Shown piece after piece: positions 47,440 through 57,707 of a stretch of DNA of 64,000 nt. The stretch is from NCBI GenBank assembly GCA_964007735.1, contig CAXGAI010000009.1:62001-126000 (forward strand), read 5' to 3'. A program made the translations under genes and the position numbers. The DNA is from an uncultured Rhodopirellula sp. (GTDB lineage: Bacteria > Planctomycetota > Planctomycetia > Pirellulales > Pirellulaceae). Position 1 is the first letter of the stretch. The number at the start of each line of letters is the position of its first letter. A model generated the notes under the pieces. The model had not been told where the DNA came from. It was given only the letters and a program-made list of their open reading frames with translations, and searched no databases.

Positions 47440-48393
47440 ATGATCCACCATTTAGGCCCCCTTGTTCGTCGGGGTGAAATAACGATTTCTCAACATGACC
47501 GATTCAAAGGTTGGCTGCAACTGTTTGGTCAAGAGACTCCAATTCGAATCGAATTAGACTCGGAGAAGCCGTCTGGCATGGCCGGATGTCGGTTTGCATT
47601 TCAACCCGACGCCACTTGGAAGCCAAACAATAAGGACCTCCCATCCGTCCCATCTATCCAGTTCGGAAAGCTGGTTGCCCTACGACTCGAAAATGTCGCT
47701 CCCGCCAGCTGCACCCAAAACGATATCCCCTCCAAAATCGAAGGTGACTACCAATGTAATTTTCAGTTCGCCTGGGAGACGGAAGGTGAAATCATGAATA
47801 TCTCTATCAATCCCGCGAGCCTAAAAATGCATTGGGCCGACGCCTCGCTGGGGGAAACTGAAAACCTACCCGAGGCATTATTTCCTGCAACCCTAGGTAA
47901 TTTTATCAACGGACGCATTGAAAAAATTGACCAAGCCTTTGGCGATAACCTTGGCGAGTTGCTAATCTCGGTCAAAATGCCAACAGAATCGCAACTCGAA
48001 GATCTGGCAAATCTGCAGATACAAACCAAAGTGCCTCGGATTGAGCACGGGGCTGGTAATAAGATGATCGAATTCATCAAAGAGATCAGTGAGCAGGATA
48101 AAAACATCCTCATCAGAGAGCTCTTAGAGCCTCCCATTCAGACGCCTGCTGCTGAAGACATGAGTAACTCCGAGTTGCAGGATAAAGTTGTTGAAATCCT
48201 TGGAAGGCTGAGTGTGCTGGGGATCGAGTTCAAACGATGTGAACACTTTGACGATAAGATGCTTTATGAATGGCTAGTCAATAAAGTCATTCCCTGGGAA
48301 AAGGTGCATCCTGAATTGCATCAGTATCAAATGAGTCGGCTCTTTGATACCAGCCTCTGGTGCGAGGCATGTGGAATCTATCAACAGATATGA
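47440..48393 (+). CDS. Hypothetical protein, C-terminal Cys/His cluster
   Basis: 317-aa ORF; CEHF and WCEAC motifs. Confidence 0.65.
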   Translation: MIHHLGPLVRRGEITISQHDRFKGWLQLFGQETPIRIELDSEKPSGMAGCRFAFQPDATWKPNNKDLPSVPSIQFGKLVALRLENVAPASCTQNDIPSKIEGDYQCNFQFAWETEGEIMNISINPASLKMHWADASLGETENLPEALFPATLGNFINGRIEKIDQAFGDNLGELLISVKMPTESQLEDLANLQIQTKVPRIEHGAGNKMIEFIKEISEQDKNILIRELLEPPIQTPAAEDMSNSELQDKVVEILGRLSVLGIEFKRCEHFDDKMLYEWLVNKVIPWEKVHPELHQYQMSRLFDTSLWCEACGIYQQI

Positions 48394-48405
48394 ATACCAG
48401 GCAAC

Positions 48406-48439
48406 AAAAAACCCCGCAGGGCAGTGGCCTTACGGGGTT
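48406..48439 (-). terminator. Intrinsic terminator
   Basis: Minus strand AACCCCGTAAGG-CCACTG-CCCTGCGGGGTT-TTTT. Confidence 0.75.
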
Positions 48440-48464
48440 CTGGAGCAATAAAAATCTAACGCTT

Positions 48465-49472
48465 CTACTTCTTCACTGCCCAGACATTGCGGAAGACAAC
48501 TGGGTTTCCATGCCCTTGCAGATACAGGATTTCAGGATCCGGGCCTTCTTTGGCCTTACCAGGTGTACCATGAGTCAGTTCCAGATCATCATGGATCACT
48601 ACACCGTTATGCTTGATCGTCACACGAGCGTTTTTGACCTTTTTACCGTCGGCATCATAACGGGCCGCCGTGAAGTCTACATCGTAAGTCTGCCATACAA
48701 GTGGTGGTAAAGCCATGTTCACGATCGGTTCTGCGATGGAGTAAATACCGCCGCACTCATTGTTCTTACCCTCGAGCCCGAAGGAATCCAAGATCTGGCA
48801 TTCGTATCTCCCCTGCACATACATACCACTATTACCTCGGCCTTGCCCGCGGGCGTACGGCATGAATGGCGTTCGGAACTCCAGATGCAGCACATGATCC
48901 TGAAATTTTTCTTTGGACTCTACGTCATGACGTAGTAATTTTTCTAAAACAATCTGACCGCGTGTCCAGTTTTCAGCTGATTTAGCCGTGCCATCAAATA
49001 AAACCACTGCCGCCTTAGGAGGCTTCGCGCCCATTGTGGTACTTTGGCGATGTACTTTCTTCATTTCAGCGACAATCGTATCACCTTCGACCGCCATCAG
49101 CTTGCCATCTTTGATTGTTGCCACGGCAGTCCCTTCACCATCTTCTAATTTGAAAACAACCTGCCCACTCGCATTTAATTCGCCGTCAACATATTCAGTT
49201 TTGTCACCTCGCTTCCAACCGGCGCCAGGCAGGCCACCTGTAAAGGAAACAGCCCGGAATTTACCGTCACCCATTGCGATGATTTGCAAACCGATCTTCG
49301 TCTTTTCGCCATCTTCAATAAAATCACCAACATACTCGCCCTGAATTTGATAATCCAAAACCTTAGCGGCTTCTGTCGGGTCAATCCACTCTTTCTTTTC
49401 TTGTGCCTGAACAGACACGACACTTGACAAGGCAAAAGCCATAGCAAGTGTGAATACAACCATTTTTTTCAT
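48465..49472 (-). CDS. DUF1080 (3-keto-disaccharide hydrolase-like) secreted protein
   Basis: LFDG, LHLEF, RGNSG.Y..GRYECQILDS, WQTYD, LQGHG.PV.FRNVW. Confidence 0.9.
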   Translation of the reverse strand: MKKMVVFTLAMAFALSSVVSVQAQEKKEWIDPTEAAKVLDYQIQGEYVGDFIEDGEKTKIGLQIIAMGDGKFRAVSFTGGLPGAGWKRGDKTEYVDGELNASGQVVFKLEDGEGTAVATIKDGKLMAVEGDTIVAEMKKVHRQSTTMGAKPPKAAVVLFDGTAKSAENWTRGQIVLEKLLRHDVESKEKFQDHVLHLEFRTPFMPYARGQGRGNSGMYVQGRYECQILDSFGLEGKNNECGGIYSIAEPIVNMALPPLVWQTYDVDFTAARYDADGKKVKNARVTIKHNGVVIHDDLELTHGTPGKAKEGPDPEILYLQGHGNPVVFRNVWAVKK

Positions 49473-49527
49473 GATCTAATGCTTCCTTTGAAAATATTTA
49501 TTCACTTCCTGGTCGGCATTGACTGTC

Positions 49528-51804
49528 TTACTCGTCCAGTTCCGGCCAGTTTAGGTGCTTGTGTAAAAACTTAAATGTACCAACCCCATTGATCTTATGC
49601 GGACCATCAAACCATTCAATTTCGGTTTGATCCTGTAATTTCAACAAGCCCTGATACATGAACCTTACCCGGCCAAACTCATACCCGACCCATTGATCCT
49701 TACCGACACCATCAAAGTGACCACGCTCCACCATAAAAGGACGAGGACAAATGAGGTATGCCATCTCAGCGTAGTTAAATGTTCCCCCTAGATTCCATTC
49801 AAAGATCTCATATTCGCCGGTAAACATATAACTGAAGTTGTGTTGGGTGGTTGCATTTTTGAAAACCCACTCGTTGAAGTCTGCCGAGCAAATACTGAGA
49901 CAATAATCCGTAACTAACGGTGGAATACGCATGGCACTCTTGCCACCGTAGGAGAGGCCGTAGAAGGCGATACGATTTCCATCGACATTCTGAAGCGACT
50001 TAAGCCAATTCACAATTTGCTGATGTTGAGGAACGATGGTCGAGAACAATGTCTTACGTTGCGGATAGCTCTTACGCTGTAAAGTTCTGAAGCGGTCTTT
50101 GAAAATATAAAGATTCTGAGGCGCGAAAGTAATGAATCCTCGTTCCGCCAATTTGGTTGCGAAAGCAGAGTAATACTGAGAAGACTGCTCACCAATTACA
50201 TCCTGAGGACGACCTTCCAGTCCGTGCTGACAAACAACAACGGGGCGTTGCTCATCTTCCCCAATCCCTTTTGGAATAGTTATCAATCCATAGGCAATCA
50301 CATCTTCAAATACATCCAAAACAACTTCATAACGTGTCCACTTATCAGACTCTTCCACAAAACGAGTTCGAGGATTCATCACCTTTAGTGGAAGTTCAAA
50401 ATGGCCGATCGTTTCATGTTTAAAATATTCCCGGTACGGTTCGATCGTTTTTTCGTAAGCTTCGACACTACTTGTATCCAGATCTTTGAAAAAGTCCTGT
50501 CGAATGGAAAGACTTTTTGTCAGGAACCATTGAGTATGTGCTTCAATCTCATGTGCCTGTGCTACTTCACGGGCATTCACATCTGTCGGTTTCGTACTCA
50601 GTTTTGGTGCTGTTCCGACCGCTACAATACCTGCCTCGATAGAAATGGCCGAAGCGACGGCGTCCAATGCTGCTGTAGTAGCAAAGCCTCCGTGCCCGTC
50701 ACCACTAATAAATAGCTCAATGCGGGTCAGATCTTCGCTGCCAATTAAGTCCTTTGCACGCTGAACTTCCGCCGCAACAACTTTTGGTTCCGGAGTATCC
50801 AGCACAGCTGGAGCTCCACCTTCACTCTTCAATTCAAACTCAGGCCCCTTAGCCGCCTCAATCACCAAATGGCGTGGAGCAACCAATGAGGCTAATTCGG
50901 CATCCCCAAATTGATCCAGGAACGCATGTACATTTCTACTGACAGGCTCCGACCACATCTCCTGGCGGGAATCAAAATAACCACTCACCATGGCCGCGTC
51001 GATTCGGGTATCTAATGCCGCACTGTAGAGTGCGAGCAAGCCCCCTTCCCCGTAGCCGGCAACCGCCACATTGGGCCCTTCTTCGGAACGAGCCTTACAC
51101 CAATCCACGACAGCCAAAACCTTTTGGATTTCAAAGCCAATTAAATGTCGGCCCAACTCAAAGCTGCTGCGATATAAGAATTCGCGAGTCGTCATCTTGG
51201 CTCGATTGTTACGTGGACCATATCGACGACTAATAATGGCTGGAACAACGACGGTAAATCCACTCTCAGCAAACCGTCGTGCAAATTGCTGCTCGGCTGG
51301 AATACCTTCCGCTAAACCACTGATCATTTCCGGGGTTTGGTCAGCGTCCGGAATGGCAATCACATAGGCCCCGTTCGGCTTAGCCGGCTTTAGTAGCAAA
51401 CCGATCCCGTTGATGTCCCGAACGGCCGGCCAACGTACGTTATAAGCGGTAAACAAATCACTCTTCGCAGCTTCTACTGGGCCGTCTGTTCGAGCAATAA
51501 TATCGAGGTCGGTGAATGACTTCCGTTCGTCCACAACACCTGTGATTTCCGCCAGTCGTTCACGATTGGGTGCCACAGACTTGACGTACGCCTCTGCGGA
51601 ACTGCTGTCACGATTCCAATATCGTGCCCGAGCGTCCATCGTTGACTCAAGCTGACGCAATAAAAAACGATCAACACCATCCACCAGATGGGATGCAATA
51701 TCACCTTCCAGAGTTAACGGTTTAGTGCCTGGTAACTGCTGTGCATTAGTGACATCCACCACCAAGAGTTGGGCGGCAAGATAAAGCATAATCAATCTGG
51801 TCAT
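49528..51804 (-). CDS. Secreted tandem alpha/beta hydrolase (dienelactone hydrolase family)
   Basis: Two modules ending LVAPR and LICPRP; elbows GYGEGG and GLSYGG. Confidence 0.82.
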   Translation of the reverse strand: MTRLIMLYLAAQLLVVDVTNAQQLPGTKPLTLEGDIASHLVDGVDRFLLRQLESTMDARARYWNRDSSSAEAYVKSVAPNRERLAEITGVVDERKSFTDLDIIARTDGPVEAAKSDLFTAYNVRWPAVRDINGIGLLLKPAKPNGAYVIAIPDADQTPEMISGLAEGIPAEQQFARRFAESGFTVVVPAIISRRYGPRNNRAKMTTREFLYRSSFELGRHLIGFEIQKVLAVVDWCKARSEEGPNVAVAGYGEGGLLALYSAALDTRIDAAMVSGYFDSRQEMWSEPVSRNVHAFLDQFGDAELASLVAPRHLVIEAAKGPEFELKSEGGAPAVLDTPEPKVVAAEVQRAKDLIGSEDLTRIELFISGDGHGGFATTAALDAVASAISIEAGIVAVGTAPKLSTKPTDVNAREVAQAHEIEAHTQWFLTKSLSIRQDFFKDLDTSSVEAYEKTIEPYREYFKHETIGHFELPLKVMNPRTRFVEESDKWTRYEVVLDVFEDVIAYGLITIPKGIGEDEQRPVVVCQHGLEGRPQDVIGEQSSQYYSAFATKLAERGFITFAPQNLYIFKDRFRTLQRKSYPQRKTLFSTIVPQHQQIVNWLKSLQNVDGNRIAFYGLSYGGKSAMRIPPLVTDYCLSICSADFNEWVFKNATTQHNFSYMFTGEYEIFEWNLGGTFNYAEMAYLICPRPFMVERGHFDGVGKDQWVGYEFGRVRFMYQGLLKLQDQTEIEWFDGPHKINGVGTFKFLHKHLNWPELDE

Positions 51805-51877
51805 CGTAATTACTCAATGAATGGTTAAACGTGTAGTTACTACTGATTCTAAAGCGTAAACCAGAGGTAATCAAAAA

Positions 51878-52804
51878 TTACACGTGATCAATGTGGCGGA
51901 AAAATGAAAGCTCTTCCGACTGATAAGAGGTAAGTAACTTACCTGATAACGATTTCCACATCGTTATCTCCGTCTCACGCTCCCGATACTGAAGCCATGC
52001 CGGTGCATCGTGTAAAGGTGGAAACCATCCGTGGACTTCGCTGATACCCTGCTCTTTCGCAAAACAAGAAATCGATTTTGCTAATTGCTCAAGCGTGGTG
52101 GCGTCATGATCTGTGATAGCGAAGTCTTCTAAACAAGCAAGATCACCATTCTTTCTTAGATGGATATAACCCTGACGTTGACCGTTTTGAGTTAACCAGA
52201 GAAATTGATCCTTCGCATGCTTGGCGGCTAGAAATTCCCAATATTTCCGGGGCCTAAACAGGTAACAGGTTTGTCGTCGGTGATTGGCTTCATACATTTC
52301 AACCATCTGATCGAGATCAAAGGTTAGATCCAAAGGTTCAGTCAACCAGCCCTCGACTTCTGCAGGCTTAATGCAAACATTTGGAGCACTGCTTATCTGA
52401 TAACCCATCCGGGCGTAATAATTTGGGTTAATATCAGAGAACAAAAGACTCCAACGCACCTCATGATTCGCCGCTTGTTCCTGTTCAGCATAGGCAATTA
52501 ACCCGGCAGCATAACCACGTTCGCGAAATTCCGGATTCGTATGCACTGCCCCAATAAACATCGCAGGTTGCAAATCCCCGCCTACAGAAAGAACCATCGG
52601 GAAAACACCAAGTGACGTGACGACCATTCCGTCAAGCACACCTACATACCAAACAGCCCGCTGATGGTGGCTCGAGTTAAGTCGCCACTCGACATATTCA
52701 TCCAGCGGTAAATCATTACCCCAAAACTCATAGACATTAGCAAAAGCAGCACGTTTCTCTTGAGGATTCGCACGATGATAATCCAAAGCAAGCTCAACCA
52801 TCAC
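51878..52804 (-). CDS. Tandem GNAT (Eis-like) acetyltransferase
   Basis: IGAVHTNPEFRERGYA, LFSDI...YY.RMGY. Confidence 0.85.
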   Translation of the reverse strand: MMVELALDYHRANPQEKRAAFANVYEFWGNDLPLDEYVEWRLNSSHHQRAVWYVGVLDGMVVTSLGVFPMVLSVGGDLQPAMFIGAVHTNPEFRERGYAAGLIAYAEQEQAANHEVRWSLLFSDINPNYYARMGYQISSAPNVCIKPAEVEGWLTEPLDLTFDLDQMVEMYEANHRRQTCYLFRPRKYWEFLAAKHAKDQFLWLTQNGQRQGYIHLRKNGDLACLEDFAITDHDATTLEQLAKSISCFAKEQGISEVHGWFPPLHDAPAWLQYRERETEITMWKSLSGKLLTSYQSEELSFFRHIDHV

Positions 52805-52816
52805 TCAACCCTCACC

Positions 52817-55800
52817 TTACTTCCAAGCTTCGTTGAAAAAGCCGGCTTCAATGACTTTCCCGGGAACCTGGTCATTGGGAGGTAGAGAAAGATCGATCAC
52901 TGACCAGTCCGGAAGCTTAGGGTTCTGAAGTGAGTTCGTGCGGTCATGCCCTTCGCGATGGGTTGGACCACTATTGAGAACTATATATTTCTCGCTGTTT
53001 AGCGGGTTTGGGTAGATCAAGACAGGCACGTGCGAAGCCGCATCATACTGATTCTCCTTGATCATCAGAGACTCTTTATTCCACTCGAAAGGCAATGCAT
53101 TCTGTTTTTCCATGATCCGTTTTAACAACGTGTTCGATGTCGTATCACCAAACACGATCAGGTGATTGTTTCTTAAATCCTCTTCAGAAATATCTTTGTC
53201 ATACTTCATCTTGGGAGTCGCTCGATATAACGTCTTCCAGCGATGAAGGAAGTGCTGCAATTCAAAGTGAACCCATCGTTCAACTGCAGGGTTCATTGAT
53301 TTTTTTCCGGGCAATACAACAAGGAAAGGCGATAAAAATGCGTCGTCAATGGGACCCTGTAACCCAGGTCGTTTGACGACACCCTCCGGCGCTCGTTGGA
53401 CCCGGCTCCAAGCTCCGTTTTCACCACCAGCTTTAGCTAAGTGCACTGCTTTTTTACTCTGTCCAACGGCCGGTATCTGTATGGTATGGCCATCAATTAC
53501 GACCCTTGCTCCATTCAGTGATAATTTGCCGTCGAGTGTAAGTGCGGTCACATTCTTTGTGGCCAGCTTATAGGTCTGGGGCTGAATAATTTCAGCATCC
53601 ACCCGACTATCCTTCCAATGTTGCTTCAGTCCGGTGACGGTAAGCCAGTGCATCTTGTTATATCGCAAAGTCTGTGTTTGCAGATGTATCTTCCTGGGGA
53701 TCTCGGGCTGACCTTGCTGCACCGCTTCATTTACCAGGGCACGAATCTCGGCCAACGATTCAGGATGATAACGGTGCCCCATACCTGGCCCAATAATGTG
53801 AGGAAGCTTGGCCCCTTCTGTCTTAAACGCCCTTTCCATTATCTGGGCCGCCTGAATCTGCTTGTCTAACTCGCCGCTATAAGCAATGGTTGGCAGATTG
53901 AATAAATTGCGGACATAGTTCGGAACATCATACATCCCCCACAACGTTTGCACATATTCAGCAGGATAATCTTCCACTGGGAGCTTGATATACTCTTTGG
54001 TTTCGGCAAATCCAGCGCCGGGACCAACCGCTACCCATTGATCAGCATAGTGAGCGCCAATATGCCAGGCCCCGGCACCACCCATCGAAAAGCCCATCAG
54101 GGCAATCCGGCGGGTGTCAATTTTGTAGTGCTCGCTCACATGTTGAACACACTCGAGTACATCGATCTCACCAGCCGACTTGAATCCCATACAATGTCTG
54201 CCAAAAGGGTGAACCACAATCGCGTTTTCCGGGGTAACCTGTCCTTTACGGGTCATCCGCTGATGAATGAAATGCATATCTGTCGTTTTGTCACCTCGAC
54301 CATGTAACCAGACGTAAAGCGGAGCTGGTTTACTGAAATCAAAGCCTTCCGGAATCTCCAAGCCATAAGGTTGAGGGCTATCATCGATACTTGAATAGTA
54401 ACCGCGAACTACCAGACCCGTTTTTCGCGTCCAGTCTTCCTTACCGCGTGCTAACAAAGCAACACGTCGTTCAGCTTCACTAAGAACTTGTTTGGCAATG
54501 TCTATCTGAGCAGGTGAATAGAACTCACCCAGGTCCACAGCCCATTGAACACTCTTAACCAATGCCTTGACGTCAGCTGATAACGCTCCTCGCGACTGTG
54601 GCAATTCGAGTGCAATTTGCAAAGCTGTCAGGCGCGTACGAAGCAAAGCGAACACTGCTTCATCAATTTCAATACCTTGAGGCGGGATTTTATGTTGAAT
54701 TGGATCCCATGCCGGCAATCCTGAACGATCCTGTGGCAACTTCATCGTGCTTAAATGAGTACCCAGTCGACGATGAAATTTATCAGGTGTTAGATTGACC
54801 GGAACCTCATCTGCCGTGCGACTTACCCAATCATCCAATTGGTTGCTCAATCTTGCTTTGACTTCCGCTAAAGTCAACTCACCAGCAATGTTCTTCAGAG
54901 AGTGAGGGTCAGCCTCGAGGTCATAAAGTTCTTCAGCCGCACGTGGATAAAGAAAGCACTGCCGCTGATGTTCGGCGAGTTTCCCTTCAGATTCCAGTGC
55001 CTGCATACTGTCGTAACTTAAACTACGAACTGCATCAGCCGGTGGTGTGGCTGGATATTCGGGGAAGGAATTGCGAATATACAAATAACGTCCGTCACGC
55101 ACAGCACGGTCATGAGCTGCATAATCATGCCAGTTATGTTCCGCAAAGATGTATTCACGACTGACAGCGGAAGCATTACGCAATCCCCGTGCAAAGGATT
55201 TACCTTGAAAAGAGCCGGGGATATCTATTCCTGCCAATTCCACGAACGTGGCTGCAATATCAACACTACTCACTAAGTTCTTATTTACTTGCCCCGCCTC
55301 CACTTCCTGAGGCCACGATACGACGAACGGTGTTCGAATTCCACTGTCATACATCGTTGTCTTACATCGCGGGAACGGCCGGCCGTTATCCGCCATGACA
55401 ATAAGGACCGTGTTATCAAATACTTCCTGTCTCTTCAGTTCAGCCACAACCTTACCAACGTACTCGTCCATGCGACTAACTTCGTCGTAATACAAAGCTA
55501 AATCTTTGCGTACATCCTCGGTATCGGGCAGATAGGGAGGCACGACAACTTCTTTATTTGTATGTGGCGGATCAACAGCATTTTTTGACCACCCTCGATG
55601 AGCGTCGGTAGCCGCAAACCACATAAAGAACGGCTTCTCTTTATCTCGTGCTTTCAACGTCGGAATCCACTGCTCGCAACCGCTCGGACTTCCTCCTTGG
55701 ATGGAGTCAAAATGCTGTCGGGGCGCATTGCCCAAATGCCACTTTCCGGCAGCGGCTGTGTAATACCCCTCATCTCGAAGAACTTTGGCAAACGTAAGCT

Positions 55801-56113
55801 GATCTTCCGGCAAAGGCTGATGCAATTCGCCGGCACCGGTCGCGTGAGGATACCGGCCGGTCATAATGCTACAACGACTCGGACTACACGAACTGGTGGT
55901 GAGGAATGCCAAATCGAAACGCATCCCACCTTTGGCTAAGGCATCAACATGAGGTGTACGAATGTGAGGATGACCGTAAGCACCGTAGTCATCCCAGCTT
56001 ATATCGTCACCAATAATAACTACAAAATTAGGACGTTCAGCAGCCTGGCTAGAACCAACAAGGCTCAAAGTTAAAAATGTTAGAGAGAGAAAAAAGAATT
56101 GTAAATAACGCAT
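52817..56113 (-). CDS. Sulfatase fused to alpha/beta hydrolase (esterase/peptidase)
   Basis: RPNFVVIIGDD, CSPSR, GKWH; C-terminal half WLHGRG, GFSMGG, GH. Start at ATG 56113. Confidence 0.88.
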   Translation of the reverse strand: MRYLQFFFLSLTFLTLSLVGSSQAAERPNFVVIIGDDISWDDYGAYGHPHIRTPHVDALAKGGMRFDLAFLTTSSCSPSRCSIMTGRYPHATGAGELHQPLPEDQLTFAKVLRDEGYYTAAAGKWHLGNAPRQHFDSIQGGSPSGCEQWIPTLKARDKEKPFFMWFAATDAHRGWSKNAVDPPHTNKEVVVPPYLPDTEDVRKDLALYYDEVSRMDEYVGKVVAELKRQEVFDNTVLIVMADNGRPFPRCKTTMYDSGIRTPFVVSWPQEVEAGQVNKNLVSSVDIAATFVELAGIDIPGSFQGKSFARGLRNASAVSREYIFAEHNWHDYAAHDRAVRDGRYLYIRNSFPEYPATPPADAVRSLSYDSMQALESEGKLAEHQRQCFLYPRAAEELYDLEADPHSLKNIAGELTLAEVKARLSNQLDDWVSRTADEVPVNLTPDKFHRRLGTHLSTMKLPQDRSGLPAWDPIQHKIPPQGIEIDEAVFALLRTRLTALQIALELPQSRGALSADVKALVKSVQWAVDLGEFYSPAQIDIAKQVLSEAERRVALLARGKEDWTRKTGLVVRGYYSSIDDSPQPYGLEIPEGFDFSKPAPLYVWLHGRGDKTTDMHFIHQRMTRKGQVTPENAIVVHPFGRHCMGFKSAGEIDVLECVQHVSEHYKIDTRRIALMGFSMGGAGAWHIGAHYADQWVAVGPGAGFAETKEYIKLPVEDYPAEYVQTLWGMYDVPNYVRNLFNLPTIAYSGELDKQIQAAQIMERAFKTEGAKLPHIIGPGMGHRYHPESLAEIRALVNEAVQQGQPEIPRKIHLQTQTLRYNKMHWLTVTGLKQHWKDSRVDAEIIQPQTYKLATKNVTALTLDGKLSLNGARVVIDGHTIQIPAVGQSKKAVHLAKAGGENGAWSRVQRAPEGVVKRPGLQGPIDDAFLSPFLVVLPGKKSMNPAVERWVHFELQHFLHRWKTLYRATPKMKYDKDISEEDLRNNHLIVFGDTTSNTLLKRIMEKQNALPFEWNKESLMIKENQYDAASHVPVLIYPNPLNSEKYIVLNSGPTHREGHDRTNSLQNPKLPDWSVIDLSLPPNDQVPGKVIEAGFFNEAWK

Positions 56114-56504
56114 AAAACAGCGGGCTCCATTCGGTAGTTTGCGATTCGCTCTGTCAGTATACTTCACATCTCTCTGTGCTTGTGCAGGTTAGCGCAAAAA
56201 TGAACCGGCAACCCTAAAGATTGACTTTTGATTTTTTCTCCGGCAAATCGAGCGCGATGGATCCAGAAAGATCTAACTCAAGAGTTCAAAGTGCGCCCGC
56301 GACTCTAAATTACCGCTCTACGGTAGACACCTTTTTGCATACGGGTAATCAAGGTGGCGTTAAAGCGTCACAACCTTTGGTGGCAATTCATACAATACAA
56401 ATCTAATATAAAGTATAGAAGACAGGTTTGAGAATTGGATGCTTTCCCTGGCTTGATGAAACGATGGCTGTCATGGACCGGATCAAGGGGAGATAAGTTT
56501 TAAT

Positions 56505-57707
56505 ATGATGAGAAAAATTAAATTCTATATCCTTGTCTGGTGCGTCGCCGTGAGCCTCGGTCTGCCAGCTCCACCAAGCTCTCTGTTCGGAGAGCAGCAG
56601 AAGCAAATTTTTGTGCATTACATGCCTTGGTACGCTTCGAAACCAATCAGCGGTACGTGGGGATGGCACTGGACAATGAATAAGTTCACGCCAGAGCAAA
56701 AACCCTTGGAGCTTGCATCTCATTTCGTTCCTCAAATAGGGCCCTATGACTCGTTTGATCCCCATGCGATTGAATATCACGTTCAATTAATGAAGCTTTC
56801 CGGAATTAACGGAGTCATTATCGACTGGTACGGTGTGTCGGAATTTCGGGACTATGCCATGATCCATCGAAATACAAAAGCTCTCATTAATGTCATTAGA
56901 AAAGCTGGTTTAAAGTATGTAATTTGTTATGAAGACCAGACTATAAAACACCGAATTGAGCAAAAACAAATTGGGCCGGAACAGTCATTAGAGTATGCGC
57001 GAAAAGATTTGCTGTGGCTCAAAACAAATTGTTTTGTTGATAGCTCTTATCTGAAAATATCTAATCGTCCTGTATTATTGGTTTTCGGCCCCCAGCATCT
57101 AAAGGTAGAGAGCTGGCAGCAATTAAAGAAAAATTCAGCCATGGAACTTTTCGCCCTCCCTCACCTCAGTCAAGGCGCAAAATTCGATGGTGCGTTCGGC
57201 TGGCCCCCTGTACACGGCGGCAAAACCATTAAACGACAAGTCTGGGAATCCTATTTGGACATGCTCGAAGGCAGGTCATCAAAAGAGAAAATGATCTCCA
57301 TCGCGTTTCCCGGATTTAAAGATATCTATCGTGAGGCGAATGTTGGTCCAAGTTACGGTTTTATAGATAGCGAAAAAGGGAATACCTTCAAGTCAACTTT
57401 TAACCGAGCGCAGAAAGATTCTTCCCTATTCATCCAAATTGCCACCTGGAATGATTTTGGAGAAGGAACAAATATTGAACCAACCCATGAATACGGATTG
57501 GTTTATTTAGAGTACATTCAAAAGCAAACAGATTCACATCACGATTTTCAACCTGATGACCTGAAGATCCCATTGAAGCTTTACCAACTCAGAAAATCGC
57601 ACTTGAAAGACCCGTTAAAAACACACGTGTTTGATTCGTCTTCGCAAAATCTGCTCAAGGGACAAGTTGACAACGTGCGCGCGACAATCGCCGGAGAAAA
57701 AGAATGA
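56505..57707 (+). CDS. Glycoside hydrolase GH71/GH99-like
   Basis: VHYMPWY, P.IGPYDS.D, GINGVIIDWYG, RPVLLVFG, ATWNDFGEGT.IEP. Confidence 0.82.
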   Translation: MMRKIKFYILVWCVAVSLGLPAPPSSLFGEQQKQIFVHYMPWYASKPISGTWGWHWTMNKFTPEQKPLELASHFVPQIGPYDSFDPHAIEYHVQLMKLSGINGVIIDWYGVSEFRDYAMIHRNTKALINVIRKAGLKYVICYEDQTIKHRIEQKQIGPEQSLEYARKDLLWLKTNCFVDSSYLKISNRPVLLVFGPQHLKVESWQQLKKNSAMELFALPHLSQGAKFDGAFGWPPVHGGKTIKRQVWESYLDMLEGRSSKEKMISIAFPGFKDIYREANVGPSYGFIDSEKGNTFKSTFNRAQKDSSLFIQIATWNDFGEGTNIEPTHEYGLVYLEYIQKQTDSHHDFQPDDLKIPLKLYQLRKSHLKDPLKTHVFDSSSQNLLKGQVDNVRATIAGEKE

